A stretch of 61,760 nucleotides of DNA, filler included, from Choristocarpus tenellus KU-1152 (GCA_964200185.2; 11 parts of 11 records of this genome joined end to end with filler, not necessarily neighbours in it), one strand, 5' to 3'; positions 1 through 16,134 are shown, counted from the first letter of the whole stretch. Notes: generated by a model from the sequence alone, not told the origin. Numbers and translations are program-made.

Positions 1-237
1 GTACGAGTTTTGCCCTGTTTGTCCATTTGGGGCTTGGCTTCCCTCGTTTTTTTTTGACATTTTCCCACTCCAAATAATTTCGGAGTAGGTAAAATGCATA
101 CGTTATGAAAAGGTGTTTCCGGAACAAGAATAGTGACACTTCCTATCTAACACGATAGCCAAAATTACATCGAAATTGCAACATTGGATTTTTTCCCCCG
201 AATGGACGCGGCTCTACCCTCTAAGATACTTTGGCTC
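1..237 (+). mobile_element. MITE family A copy, left end cut by the window edge
   Basis: Ends in TACCCTCTAAGATACTTTGGCTC; body matches the copies at 23174, 26882, 28508 and 39379. Confidence 0.9.
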
Positions 238-458
238 GTTTGTCCGTTTGGGAATTGGATTCCCATGGGTTTTAATGACATTTTACCTACTCCAAAATGT
301 TTTGGGTAGGTAAAATGTATACGTTATAAAAAGATGTGAAAGGAACAAGGATATTGACATCTTCTAACAAACACGATAACCAAAATTACATGAAAATTGC
401 AACATTAGATTTTGGCCCCCAAACGGATGCGTCTCTACCCCCTGAGACACTTTGACCC
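238..458 (+). mobile_element. MITE family A copy lacking its left TIR (nested or tandem with the previous copy)
   Basis: Starts at internal GTTTGTCCGTTTGGG and ends in a diverged TIR, TACCCCCTGAGACACTTTGACCC. Confidence 0.85.
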
Positions 459-907
459 TCATTAAATAATAATAACAATTCGAGCTCTAGTGTTAGGGCA
501 TCACAGCAACTGGAGTTGGGGTGTTCAGGCACTTGATTATGCGTGTACTTACAGGTTCGTTTTATTTGCACTGCATAATTCATTAAAAGTCGACATTTTG
601 CACCCCTTAGTCACTTGAATCGTGGATGCACAGCTATCAACACCAATCAGATACTAACCACCAAGAATAACATTTTACTTCCATGCATCGCCTTGCTTGG
701 CAACTGACTCATACCTTCCCCCTCCCACTCCTCCCCCACCTCCAACCCCCAACCTCCCTAACCTCGTACATGGACACAGATACAGACACAGAAAAATAGA
801 TGAACACACACACACACAGTCAGTACTATTGCCCTGCCCTATGCAATCCATTTTAATCAAGCAACATTCCAGTACTGTACTAGCTAATTGCATTCCTTGT
901 TGTTCAC

Positions 908-2853
<1,946 letters not shown>

Positions 2854-2863
2854 CTGGGGGAGA

Positions 2864-3015
2864 GGCTCAAAGTATCTGGGGGGGGTGGCGACTGTCCATC
2901 CGGGGTCAATTTTTTCATGTCGCGATTTTGGGTGATTTGGTTGCATACGTCGGATGGATAACGTAAATGCACTTTTCCTGATTTTGTCCCAAATGGACAC
3001 CCTGGTGTAGACCCC
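2864..3015 (+). mobile_element. MITE family B copy, right end lost at contig break
   Basis: GGCTCAAAGTATCTGGGGGGGG TIR; body matches copies at 24352, 34629, 52710 and 60442. Confidence 0.9.
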
Positions 3016-3115
3016 NNNNNNNNNNNNNNNNNNNNNNNNNNNNNNNNNNNNNNNNNNNNTTAATTAATTAANNNNNNNNNNNNNNNNNNNNNNNNNNNNN
3101 NNNNNNNNNNNNNNN
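3016..3115. other. Artificial contig linker (N44-TTAATTAATTAA-N44); first of ten
   Basis: Identical 100-bp spacer with stops in all six frames, also at 5809-5908, 12970-13069, 19710-19809, 31510-31609, 37932-38031, 40788-40887, 44942-45041, 48184-48283 and 55646-55745. Separate 10-N gaps occur at 2464-2473 and 60171-60180. Confidence 0.98.
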
Positions 3116-3269
3116 TGGGGTCAATTTCTTCATGTTGACCCTTTTTGGGTGATTTGGTTTAATACGTTGGATGGATAATGTAAATGCACTTTTCCTGATT
3201 TTGACCCGAATGGACACCCTGGTGTAGACCTCACCCCCCCTTCCCCCCGCCCCCCAGATAATTTGGGTC
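3116..3269 (+). mobile_element. MITE family B copy, left end lost at contig break
   Basis: Family B body ending CCCCCAGATAATTTGGGTC. Confidence 0.88.
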
Positions 3270-3864
3270 TACAGAGTTTGTCGTGCCGTACTAGTAGTGT
3301 TTACAATACATGATTATGTATTACTGTTGTAACTAAAATTGACATGCGTGGTGATAGGCATAGTCCTAGCACAAGACAAAAAAAGAAATAGTACACACTT
3401 CGATTTGTGCCTGTGAGAATAATGCCTGTGCACAATTGTAACTCATCGTGTTGCATAAAAAGGAACACAATCGATGCAGAAGGGTACTTACTCAACATGT
3501 CCACCCATAACAAGCAAGTCCTTGTTGCACATCATCCAAAAAAATGAGCCCCAAAACACAAAGTTGAACACAAGCATCCACGCCACTAATTGCAAGTGAC
3601 AAGAGCGCAGAGCCTTCGAGTTAGGGTGACTATTATCACCTGCCAACAATCACCTACTGGTCTCCTAGGCCTACCACACACTGCACTTCATTTTCAAACG
3701 TAACTGTACAGTTACAAGAAAAAATAAAAACATCCCTAGTACACCTGCAAACCACAACAATTGTCTCCTCTCCCCCAAATATAACAACTCTATTTATCTT
3801 ACTGCAGTGGTCTTTTTGTTCTTTTTTGTTGTCCCTCTCAGAAAGCCAGTGCTTTGGTATCTAT

Positions 3865-4852
3865 CTACTTCTCCCAAAACTGCTTGGGTGACGTCTCTAT
3901 CTTTCCCGTCAGAGGCACTGCACCCTCATCTGTCATCAGGAGCGTGTGCTCAAATTGGGCTGTCCTTCGCCCATCTGATGTGGCAGCAGTCCAATCATCC
4001 GGCCAGAACACTGGTGTTGCTACATTTGACGGAGCAAAGAGAGTAGTGAAACAAAGGGAGTAGTGAGCCAAGAGGTCAAGAGGCCAAAACCAATGAGAGT
4101 GGACAAGACGATCTCCACAGCAATACCAGTCAGTACGCAGGGTGAGATGGGACATGATGTCACTAAACAGGTGCGAATGGAAGGGTTTCCCTATTGAATT
4201 CGAGTTGATCTCTATTTCCATCAGAGAAACATCAGTCCATACATGTATCATGTAGGAGGATGCATCGAGTCAAGCACAGTTACACACTGCCTTCACCTCA
4301 GAGCTTTTTTTAGAAACAAAAAGAAATGACACAGTTCCAAAACAACTGCTGGGGCGATTTTAACACATACAACTCAAACTCTTCTCCATGCAACAAAGAA
4401 CCAGACCCCAATCTCAGTTTTTAGATGTTAAATTCCAGAAGAGTAGAACAGATATTGTACCAAACACAAAAGCGCATAGGACGACAGAGCATTAAAAACA
4501 GTATCCTGAATTTTACCCAACAGGTACTTAAACCAACTTGGGGATACACAACCCTCCCAGAACGTTTCACACCTAAATCTTCCTTAAAAAGGGCAGGCAG
4601 CCATTTATAACTTTGCCACAGGTGCCCAACCATGACATGATGTCGAAGTACAAGCCAAGCATAGTAAGTGTGAAGTGGAAATTAAGGGGTACAATGTGAG
4701 GATGGGAGGGGGTTAGGAATCACCTGACCCCTCACAGATCATGGGTTCAATGGTGAAGGTGTGTCCTGCCTTCATAACACCATTTGGTTCAGCATTTCGA
4801 AAGTGCAATATGTTGGGGGTGGTATGGAATATCTTCCCAATCCCATGCCCAC
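3865..4852 (-). CDS. METAP1: Methionine aminopeptidase 1, last two exons (4852-4724, 4019-3865)
   Basis: [17 protein letters not shown]...[15 protein letters not shown] spliced in phase 1 (GT-AG) to [33 protein letters not shown]...stop. These are type I MetAP metal-binding motifs. Confidence 0.93.
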
Positions 4853-4864
4853 CTGCCATGTCAA

Positions 4865-4928
4865 TACACACACACACACAGACACACACACACACACAGA
4901 CACACACACACACACAGACACACACACA
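4865..4928. repeat. (CA)n microsatellite just upstream of a MetAP splice acceptor
   Basis: Visible dinucleotide run interrupted by GA units. Confidence 0.95.
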
Positions 4929-5299
4929 AAGCAACATGCATGGAGAAGCACAGGATATTCAGCACAGTTAAAAATTATTTTATTATTCTAAGTATTCCAA
5001 AGATAGCTATTATTTTATTGACAGCTTTAATTTTATTCAACATTTACATTTACTTCAACTTTATTCTTTACGTACTTCTTAAGGTCCAAATAAACAAACC
5101 CTAATAATAATTCCACTTTCATTTCACAAGGTGGACCAACTTTTTATCTTTCATTTCTGTTTTAGTAACATTAAAAATAAATTAGGTCATTTAAATTCTT
5201 ATCCTTTTTTATATTCAAGAGTTAGTAACGGTAACACGGAAAATTCGGTAAAACACAAATTATTTAAAAAAGACAAAAATATAAATCAACAAAAAAAAA

Positions 5300-5343
5300 G
5301 TATATATATATATATCTGTGTGTGTGTGTGTGTGTGTGTGTGT
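5300..5343. repeat. (TA)n/(TG)n compound microsatellite
   Basis: Visible dinucleotide runs. Confidence 0.95.
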
Positions 5344-7844
5344 ATCTACACGCCTGAAGAGGCCGTCCTCCTCCTCCACGTTTGATCCTGCTCCTCTTGC
5401 CATCCCCATTATCCTCCCACCCATGTCATACCCATCACCATCCACCTCCTCACCATCCCCACTACTACATACTTTTTGTGTTATCTTCAATATAAAATTT
5501 AATGAGCAAAATCAGCCATTGCTGCTGTGAATAAAACAAGTTAGGCAGCAGCAGGATGGTATGACAGTATAGTACCAAGTGCATAGTTGATGTAATGTAC
5601 ATGAGAGCACTACATCACTTAATGTCTTCCCTCACAGAAAAGAACAATGGAGTGTTTAGTTACACCTCATAGCACAGAAACAAAAAAACAAGACAGACAG
5701 ACAGACATTCGGAGGGGAGGGGGGGGGGGGGGGGGGAATTCTGGGTTGGCGGTGGGGCTTGAACACCAAAAAAATTTTAGAAGGGAAGGGGGGGGGGGGG
5801 GGGAAGGGNNNNNNNNNNNNNNNNNNNNNNNNNNNNNNNNNNNNNNNNNNNNTTAATTAATTAANNNNNNNNNNNNNNNNNNNNNNNNNNNNNNNNNNNN
5901 NNNNNNNNGGCTGACCTGTATTATCGATAGAGCCCACAGCCGAAAACGTTTTTTGGCTGTATGTTGCTCAATACAGGCTGTCTACTGTGGCCCCTGACCC
6001 TACTCCTCCCCCTGTCCCAACCTTTACCTCTTCAGCTCCACTACCACCTTCCTCTCAGACCCCGATAGGGGAAGATGTTGCTGTTTCCAGGGTGCTTACC
6101 GCGATGATAGACCTTAATGACTCTCACAGGGAGGGCATCCTGGCGAGGCAGGCAGTCGGCAAGGGCTGCCTGCATAAGACTGGCGAGACTGCGGGAGTAG
6201 AGTTTCATAAGCCAAAACCAGGGCAGGGGAAGCTGTGGTATGTTTCCAAGGCATAAATTATCTTTTAATCCCTCGTGCCCCTGTTTATTGCCCGGCCCAC
6301 TGCAGAGCCAAGAAAGCGGTACAAGAAGCACCTTCAAGGTGTTCATCCTTGGCCACTAGGCATGGAACTTCCCATGCTACGAGGGGGAGGGTACACAACG
6401 GCATTCTGCTAAGGTTGTTCAACCTTGGACCTCCTGTCCCCTCATGTACTCCCTTGCCTATTCCAGGACTGGATAGTATCTACAAGAGATATCTCTATGG
6501 CGGGCAATTGCAGCTAAGTAAGGTGCATCATGTATGGTCGAGTCTCATGCCGACTATACAAGGGATCCAGGTGGCATGGCAACTGTTCAGGAGGCGCTGA
6601 ATTGATCGAGGTTTGGGGTCACCAGTACCAGTTTTTAGGTGTATTGGAGCATACCCGAGTTATTAATGTCGAAGAACCTATTCATGCTGGAGAAATAAAA
6701 GTCTTGGTGCCAAGAAGGCATTGGAATTTGGTATTGGTAGACTCTTCGTTGGTTTTGGCACCTGTGCTTGACAGCATTCACTAATGATGTATTCTGCCTA
6801 GAGAGACTCGTTGAATCTATGTTTGACTAGATTTGTGTTGTGCAATCCAGAGATTTCTTCCTCCCTTTCTCTACCTAATTGTGCTGAGGCACACTGAATG
6901 TCATGTGATATTGTAAGAGAGTGACTGGCTTACATGCAGGCAAGAAATACAAGCAACGTGTAGGAGCAGAAATATTTCCCTTCATATGAGAAATGTTTAG
7001 TTTACCAACCAATAACTATGTACTCTGACTCCGCATTTACTTACCTAGAATTGTTTGATAGAGTTGGAAGAGTCAACTGGAACAGGTGGTACGTGAGCTC
7101 TTGGTGGTGAAGATGAAGCGCTTCTTTGTTACGCTGTGGAGCTCAAATTGTTGCACACGTTTGAAGAACTATTTATTGCTGATGATTAGCTGCGCACCTT
7201 GCTTATTAGATCACAATCCACATTTATCACACCCCAACTCAGTGAATTAGGAACACACGTAGAACAATCAAACACACACAACACACACAACACACACATA
7301 CAGATGTGATTTGATTTTACTCTGTCCAGGATTCAATTAATGCCATCATAAATCCTACTTTTTCACGGTGTCATTGGTATGATTGGTTTGTAGTCGATCT
7401 AGGTCGTCGCTACGACAATCAAAATTTCCTCAATGACAATGTCCATCCAAAAAATGTCCGTGGGTGTAACAACAGCAATGTACTGGAGTATGTAGCAAAT
7501 AGTAATTTGAAGTAGTATATAATATGCTTAGAAGATACATAGTATATTTGTACAGTCTGTTTCGTTCAGTTTTTGACTGAACTAGGTCACGTGTAAGGAA
7601 GATTGACCCTAGCCCTATCCCAGTATGCAGATAATTCGTATGAAACAACTGGTTAGGTAAGTTAATATCGGTAGGTTACAGGTTGTCCTTGCGGCCATAG
7701 GCAAGACATACAGACTCGATTGTAGGGTGTCTTCAGAGTAGTGGTAGTGCTAGCATACCACACGTGGAAGTACAGCTATTGATAGGTGTCGCATCAACGT
7801 TTTTGTAGTAGGATATTATAATACAAGTATATGTGGAAATATGT

Positions 7845-7917
7845 ATAGTTTTCATTTGTTTCCCCCCTCACACATCTGCAAAATGTCAGAGGGCATAATA
7901 ATATAATATATATATGT
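7845..7917 (+). mobile_element. Extreme 3' tail of a CRE-like non-LTR retrotransposon
   Basis: TCCCCCCTCACACATCTGCAAAATGTCAGAGGGCATAATAAT is the reverse complement of the tails at ~51890-51940 and ~54770-54830. Confidence 0.7.
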
Positions 7918-10900
7918 AGAAAGCATATTTCCCGTTGTTATACCGTTATTGCCGTATTATATATATCCCGTTATATCAATCGAGGTTGTGTTCTGAGAAC
8001 TTCGGTTCGACTGTGTGGAGGATATTCGGATAGATTTCCGTGTCTTCCCGCAACGTCTCTTTATGAGCACAGTTTTCTCAAGACGGATCTCCTATCTCTA
8101 AAGGGTTTGTTTTCCAAAACCCATCCGTATAGTAATTCTCCCCACTTCCTCAGCTCCCCACTGTTTCCTGCAAGTCCTTTCAGTCTTGCACTTATGTAAC
8201 CATAATAACCTCGTCCTCTCGGTTACGGTTCATCTTCGTTCGTCTGGTCCGTCTTGCCTGGTGATTCTCTTCGCCACCCTTGCTTGAGGGAAACCACGCC
8301 CCCACAGAATTAGACGGTTCATACATATTATTGTTGAATAGGAAGATAATCGCAAGAAATAATACTACATACTGTGGTGTTGTTGTGCTCATTGATTTCT
8401 TTAGTGGTTCTAATAGTGTTCTGTCCTTTCTCCCACATGGCATATTGCTTGGAAAATGTTTGTGGATGAATGAATGTTACTGAAATATTGAAAGTGTTCC
8501 AAAGAATATTGTATCAATAATAGGGATAATTTGTTATTGATATGTGAGAGTTGACTCAGATTTTGATGGATGAGTGGTGTTAAGTGTTGTCTATAGTTGG
8601 CATTGCGGAGTAGGTTTTCTTCTATATTCTATCCGCAGTACCTGGTAATAATATAGGTATTATTGGTGAGAGTGACATTCTAATGTACTGTAGTTAGAGA
8701 TAGCAGATAAGATGCATGGCCAAGTAAAGATACAAATGTAGGCGCAACTTCTAGCTATCTTCACAGACCTGCCATATCAAGGGGTGCACTGTCAAGGAGA
8801 CCGACCTTTTGAATTTATCAACTAAAGTCTCGACAATCCTTTCCCTCTCTCTAAATCTTAGAGTAAATCCTTTTCTATTATTGTGTTGTACGCATGGTTT
8901 GTGGGGAAAAAGTGAAACTTTAATCTCCACATCCTCTTTGTTCATGGTTGAATATTTGCTCCTGTGCAATAGCCTCTCCTCCTCCAGCGTCCTTGCTTTT
9001 TTTACGTATTGTATGAAGACACCCTTCTAACACAAACCCACACGCATTGCGTGAGTATGCCGCTACACCTTTTCTTAAACGACAATACGTTTCTGTGTCT
9101 GTAACTGTTTGAGCTACTACCTGCTCTGGACCAAACTGTCCATGGCATATCTCTCTATGTAGCCCTCCCTCAACGATCGCCTCTATCTTCTTTATCCCTG
9201 GAACTGTGTACTCACAGAAAAAAAATCAAGGAACAAATCTGTATGTTCGCAGCACCCAATGATACTGCACTTTGCTGTGCACAGGGGAACCCTGATGTCT
9301 TCAAGAAGGACTGTTGTAACGTGCATTTTTCACTATTCAGACACATTTTTGAAAACCAAACCCTATCCTCAACCTAATATGCGTGAAAAAAACCAAACCC
9401 TAACCAGCCAAGGAAATATTATAGGAAGCACTCTAGAAGAAGTGGTACAGCAGCACACTGTGCACTGGGGAACCATATCTCAGGGATCCACCACTTCTCA
9501 CTTTTTCACCCCCATTTTCAAAAACCTAACGCCAACCCTGACCTGTGTGTTGTCTATAATATCCCTAACCTTCGCTTGAACAGGTTAGAAACTTGTGACA
9601 ACAGTGGTTCCTCAAGAGCGGGGGATTTCCGTGTGTATGCCAACTCCACACGGAATCGGATGAAGTTGAACTAGAGACGTAACCTTCGAACTGTCAACTA
9701 TTTGTCCCTCTTTATGGAGTGCTATCAAAAACAATCCCACAAACTGCACTTCGTATGAAAATATAACAATGGTAACTTTTTGCTTCTCTTCTTTAGTTCC
9801 TCCGTGGTATACCGAAACAACCAATAAACACATGAAACTGATATTTTAAAAGCTCTTGACCTTTCAAACTACTCCTAGAGTTTGAAGCAGATCATGCAAA
9901 CAGGAACCTCCACAGCCAGCCACACTACTAATACACCAATGAATCCAAGATACCAGTTCATCCATCTCTCTCAATACTTTCTTTAAAGAGAGACGGAGGG
10001 AGTACATACCGCCACCACTACTGTACCATGACAATGAAGCGCACTCAGTTCAAGACGTCAGCCAAGACACTGAAACTGCAAATCCTACATAAAAAAGTAG
10101 AGTACTTATAAGAGGGGGGTTGTCCTTCCAGACACACACAAATTAAAACCATGACTAGGACAAAAAATCAAATCTGCCTCACAATACACCCATCTGTAAA
10201 TTTCTGCTCCTACTTAAAAGGGGTGTGTGTCTAGGCGCACCAAAAATGTCTCACTGTAATTACACTTGTTGTATTTAGAAGTCTAGCACACTAAAAGCTC
10301 ACTCCTGAAAACGCAAACCTTAGCTGTGATCAAGGAGCAACAACAGAGTGATGTATCCCACCACACTGCCTGCTTCTCCCCCCCCCTCCCCTGCCTTAAC
10401 ACATCTCACAAAGTCTTTTCAATATCCAGGCATGAGTGACAGATGTACAAAGATATACTATCTCAACACACATATACAAACACATGTACACAATCAACTT
10501 CCCACAGCAACAGTCGTAAATATAAGAAACGCAACTGGTTGGTCTAATGCCGTGGAGTGTGCGCCACTGGAGTAGTAGAGTACCAAAGTGTGAAGCAAAG
10601 TTGCCAAACTGATTGCTCATGGGGTTTCAAATGTGTGTTTGGGGGTGGAAAGTGGTAGGGATGGGGGAAACTACAGATAGCAAAGTACAAACACATTGAG
10701 TACACTTACTTGGAAGCAGTGCATAGATAGTGCATCAACAGTATGTTACTAAAGCCACACATCAGGGGAACGTAGGTGTCACCCTTACTTCAAGCGCTGC
10801 CCTGGGACCAGTTAAAAAAAACGTCACTCATCCCTAGGTGCCTAGACTTCAAGGGGCACACTTCTTTCTACACAAAATGTTCGACATTGACGACTCAAAT

Positions 10901-12110
10901 CAAATGGCATGTACTAAACTAGATTTGCTTTGAACGAAGCAGCTCCAAAGACTTATCCCCCATTTATACAAACCCGAAGACCCTTGAACACACCACCATC
11001 ATGACATCCAAATCCCCTTTTTGCAGGATCCCCGAGGCACTTTGCCAACCCCCGACAGATCTGAAATATATACTGCAGCAGGTCTACTTCACGTGGACAC
11101 AAGAGCGCCATCAAACTTGAGGGAACAAGTACGCAATGGATCCATACTACTGTCCTTGAACCTAGGGATGTACAATGGAAGTCACAATGAGCCATGTAAT
11201 GATTGATATTGAGGGACTTCACTTCAATATGCGGGTTAAGGACAAGGGCAGAGAGCATTCTAACCCCATAGTCACTCCTGTATCAGAGAGTATGAGTTGA
11301 CCTGGGTGTACATGAGCTGTGTATAGAGGCCATTCCGGGCAAGAAGCTCAAGATGTGTGCCCTCCTCTACCACCTGGGAACAGTTCCAGCAATACATAGA
11401 AAAAGGGAAGAGAGGTTGTTGGGGGTGTGAGAGGATCATCACGGATGGAATTTGGGCATGGGGGGGATTCAGACGTGAAGTCTACTTGTAGACGGACCTG
11501 AGAGGTGGAAAGGGATGATTGAGAAATGGGCACAACACCAGATGGAGGAAAGAAACAAATAACTTGGAAGTGCTTACTGGAAATGGCCAGGATATTATGT
11601 CAAGTCTCATAAATATGCCCAACTGCTACAACTTTCCAGAGTCACCAAAGAGTACTACTACAAACTGTTTGCGATGAGGCGGGGGGGATGGGGGCAAGGA
11701 CAAAAGAACTCTCTCCAAAAATCTATACTCTCATTCAAGGTGCATGCCCCGGTATTCACCTTGCAAATAGACCACTTCGTGTACACTGACCTGCAGTAGC
11801 TTGATAGTACCACCCTGGACTACTTAATCCACACTGCACAGGAGGTGCATCCCAACTTCCAACGTCCCCTACAGAACTGCAGCAGCACAAGCGCCACCAC
11901 AAAGGCAGTAATTCTACCTCGTAGAATCCAATCGTACCCTCAACCCATTTCCAAAACTTGTGGGGGGTGTTTTTGAACTATTTTTCAATCCCATCCTTTC
12001 ATTGCCCATCCTTCAACAACCAATCAAATTGCTGGAAACTTGTGCCTACAGAAGAGTTGACACCGAGAGACTTGCTAGGTAACAGCAGGCAGCTGACGCA
12101 GTTAGATCAC

Positions 12111-12257
12111 CTTTCCCTTTGCCACAACACATATCTTGTCAGCATTAACCACAGTGGACAGTCGATGGGCAATGACAAGAACCGTTCTACCCTTCATCAG
12201 TCGGGTAAGCGCCTCTTGCACCAGGGCTTCACTCGCTGCATCTAAGGCACTGGTTGC
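12111..12257 (-). CDS. ABC transporter subfamily B, single nucleotide-binding-domain exon
   Basis: AG/GT-bounded 147-nt exon encoding [49 protein letters not shown] (D-loop and H-loop). Not in the ORF track. Confidence 0.9.
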
Positions 12258-12931
12258 CTGTGAAGCACAAAGAGGTTGATGGAAATAACGGAAAAGGGAA
12301 CCTACGAATCAGGATCGAGACAACAGGAGGCGACTCTGCCTGAGTTAAAAGGGTCCAAGATATCTTTGCATTAGAAGGAACATCTACAGATAAATTGATA
12401 AAGCGGAAGCGTGTCGATCCCTTTCGCTACTACGCCAAGAAACATTCAGTGGGGGATCACTGCTGCTGAAGGTTTTTTTGTTGTTGTTGTTTTTGTTTTT
12501 ATAAGAAGGAAAACAATTCTTACAGATGAGAGACAAAAAGAAAAAGGTGGCAAAATGGGGGAGAGGATGAAGATGTACATATGCCCTCTTTCAGCGGCAA
12601 AACCATGCGGAAGGACTTCCTTTGCGCTATCAAACACCTCAAGGTTTACAACTGATCTCAAAAACAATCAGAGTATATTCATACACAGACCGACCCCAAC
12701 AACGAAGGACAATAGCAAACGCAGACAAGGCTTGGAAGTGGAAAGCAACACTACACCGTGCTTACACCTTTCTAGAGAGTTTTCCACCAGGAACCTCAGT
12801 AAAACGTGCGCAGTGGCCTCTTACCATGCAAATGCAGCCAGCTGTACTGTGGACTCAAATGTCTTCAATGTAATGCCAAACACCCTTACATTAATAATCG
12901 ATAAAAATCTAGTCCCGTTCCTCTCCCAGGT

Positions 12932-12969
<38 letters not shown>

Positions 12970-13113
12970 NNNNNNNNNNNNNNNNNNNNNNNNNNNNNNN
13001 NNNNNNNNNNNNNTTAATTAATTAANNNNNNNNNNNNNNNNNNNNNNNNNNNNNNNNNNNNNNNNNNNNGGCAGAACGTCGAGACCACCCCCCGCCAACC
13101 CCACACCACACAA

Positions 13114-13147
<34 letters not shown>

Positions 13148-16134
13148 GCAATCAGAAACATCACTTTTGGCACGTGTGATTTGCAAACAATGTTGGGATA
13201 CCTAGGTGGCGCCTCCCTGAACCTTAGGTGAACCGTTTTTCGTTGGAGGCAATTTTGAACTGTTAAAACGTAGGTTACTCTCCGTGATACAGTGATTCAT
13301 GGATACGGTTCAGTATACTTTCTCAGTAATGACTGTTGGTCCATCCACTATTACGCAAGTAGCATTCAAGATTTTGTGGCCTATTTTCTGTTATATTTTG
13401 AGTTAGACAACAAACAAAATTATGGTTGGAATCGTGGGGGCGACTCGGATCTAATACAAAATAGAACCCAAGATACATTCCGTTTTAGGTCAAATTTGGA
13501 GAAAGTATACTAGCCCACCACGTAGACTGGAGGCATTCAAACCACCGAAAATTCCACTACAGGTCGATTCATGTCACGAAATATGTAAAGCTGACTTCCT
13601 AAGGCCTCGATAAAGCTGTGGTAGGGCCTTTAACTCGCAACACAGTCTGCAATAGTATTATCTGTAGAAGGGTATTAAGTCTGTTTTAGGGGGCATTTCC
13701 GTTGTTTTCATATTTACACGTTTGTTTTACCTGTTCATGATGTGAAATCTATGTCATTGGAATGCTAATATACACAGGACTCATAGGGTATGTTTTCAGT
13801 GGCTCAAATTGCCTTGGTTGTCAGCGCAGAACATGTTAAGAAGGAAAATAATTTGAGTACACTGAGTGTACTTTGATCTTTTGATATTCATCACTTCCTC
13901 CGTTTGGGATGAAATGAAGCGTTACCTTTAACAGTAGATTTCAAAAGTTGAGGATGGGCTTGACCCAAAATTGACTGGGATAAAGTGTCGATATGTATTT
14001 TTTTTTAACATAATTATATTAATTGCTGTTTTTTGCAGTCCTGATGAAGAAGCAAGATTTACGTTTTTTCACATGTTTGTATTTTATGGGTGTATAGTGC
14101 AGACACTAATAAGTTTGCCCACGAAAATCTCAGGCAAAATGGGGCACCCTACCCCTATTTATGATTCCACCCCCAAAGGCCCCCAAAACTCCATTCCAGC
14201 ACGGTATTTCACCACATTACGTGGGTCATTCCCAGTCGAGAACGGAGGCTGCAAAAGTTATGTTACATTTAATTCCGAACGGAGGGAGTACCTGCCAAAT
14301 GTTTGAATGTCATTGAGCCAGTCAATCAATCGGTCAATGACTTCATCACTACTATGGGAAGGGTATTAGTCGATACTACTACTAATAGGTGCCGTAAATG
14401 TACCGTCTTACACATATTATCTTATTACATACACAATTAATTCTCCATGTGCACTAATAGCAACATTTTGTGTGTACAGTACTTCAAAGTATCTCCTCAT
14501 GCGAACAAAGGGGTTGATATATTATTATCTATAGTCACCGTCCCCTTTCCCTTCTACCTATAGTAGGGGTACAGTCATACTGCCTCCCTCGTTCCCTTCC
14601 ATCTCCGGAGATATTTGAAGAGATTGAGAAAAACAAAAATGGTTATGGTACAGTCCTTCCAGAGAGATGGTTTGCATAGATACGCATGGGACCTTCGTTT
14701 TGATTTCCTCCCTAGTTCTGTGGAGGACAGATCATGGGGGTTGTAAGGCTCAATCAGCACCATTTTTCATGAGGAACCCACTCTCAACCATCCCACATCC
14801 TGATTCCTCTTGGAGAAGATTTCTATGAAAGAACTACCCCAGAAAACCGCTTTTCGTGCATGATGCAGAAGAAACGAACCCCTTATTTCTATTGATGTTC
14901 ATAAACACGTATGTAACTATTTCGATTCACAGCACTGACATTGCCTGTTGTTGGGAGAAGAGTATATTACTGTATGTAGTTCTTAAGAGTAGTACCGTAA
15001 TAGCATTGGGTGTCAGGTATGGTAACTCCTTGTATTAATCTTGTCAATGTGGCCATCATTAGTACCGATACATTGTAACAGTAGGATATATATGTTGTAC
15101 GTACCAGATGCGATTTCCCACTCTTTTTTTCTTTCCTGTTCTTGTATTATAGGAGATCAACAGTCTCAGGCAGGTTTTGGGAACAATCGATGGTATCATT
15201 ATGTTTGTATTATTAGTAGCAACAAGCGTAAGTCAAACTCGTTTTGTTATGTATGTACACACACACTAATACGTGTATTTTTCACAACGTAGTTAATAAT
15301 ACTTCAGGGTATCTGCATACACAAAAAACGTGCGATGTGTGTTGTTTGCAACTCATCATCACAATGAAACGCGAAACAAAAGAAGAGCAAAAAATAGCAC
15401 CACCACCAGCAAGCAAGCAAGCAGCATCAGCCCCAGCAGGAACACTTGATGGCCACCGCAAATGATTTTTTCCTTCACCTCAAAGTACACCATGCAATTT
15501 GCTTCCATGTTTTATTGCGTAAGTAGTTGTATCTATCCACCCACCCACACACTCACCAACAAAATCTCACTCATTCAGCGTCCCAACTACTACATATACT
15601 ACTGTGATGACTAGGAAGACACAAACTACATGTGGGCAGAGAGGGCGACCTACACACACACATACATGTGTCCAAAACATCTCTCCAACTCCAAAACACG
15701 ACACAAGGGATCCACACACACACACACACACAAGACTATGGCAGTGGTCGTCTGTTGCGCCTAAATGGGTCGGCTACTCTCACTACGAAAAGACTTCTCC
15801 ATAGTTCACAAAAAAAACGCCTATTTAGTTCCACCTTTCAGAATCCTCGAAGTTTCCCACACACACAAAACATAAATTTCGTTACTTTTTTTTGTGAGCG
15901 ACTATTCTCCTCAACAAAGAATTCTGTACATTTAACATAATCTTACGAGTTTAACACTGCGTTACACTGTTCAAGGTGTTCCTACATAGGCACAACCTTG
16001 TACAATGCTACAATGTAACGCACACTGATAACACTTTTCAAGCAAATCATTGTGGGATAACTTTATTATGCAAAACTGTCACCTGTACTATGTCAGCACT
16101 GTGACCGCAATAATATAATGAGCTGTCGACTTAC

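Noticed and set aside
3060-3071. Recurrent palindrome TTAATTAATTAA as a biological repeat
   Set aside because: It is always centred in 88 Ns: an artificial six-frame-stop linker.
2864-3269. A single MITE B spanning the first linker, implying true contig adjacency
   Set aside because: The overlapping portions differ at many positions, so they are two different copies.
8000-9230. Possible viral or transposon coding relic on the minus strand
   Set aside because: Open stretches exist but contain no motif I can identify; a BLASTX search is needed.
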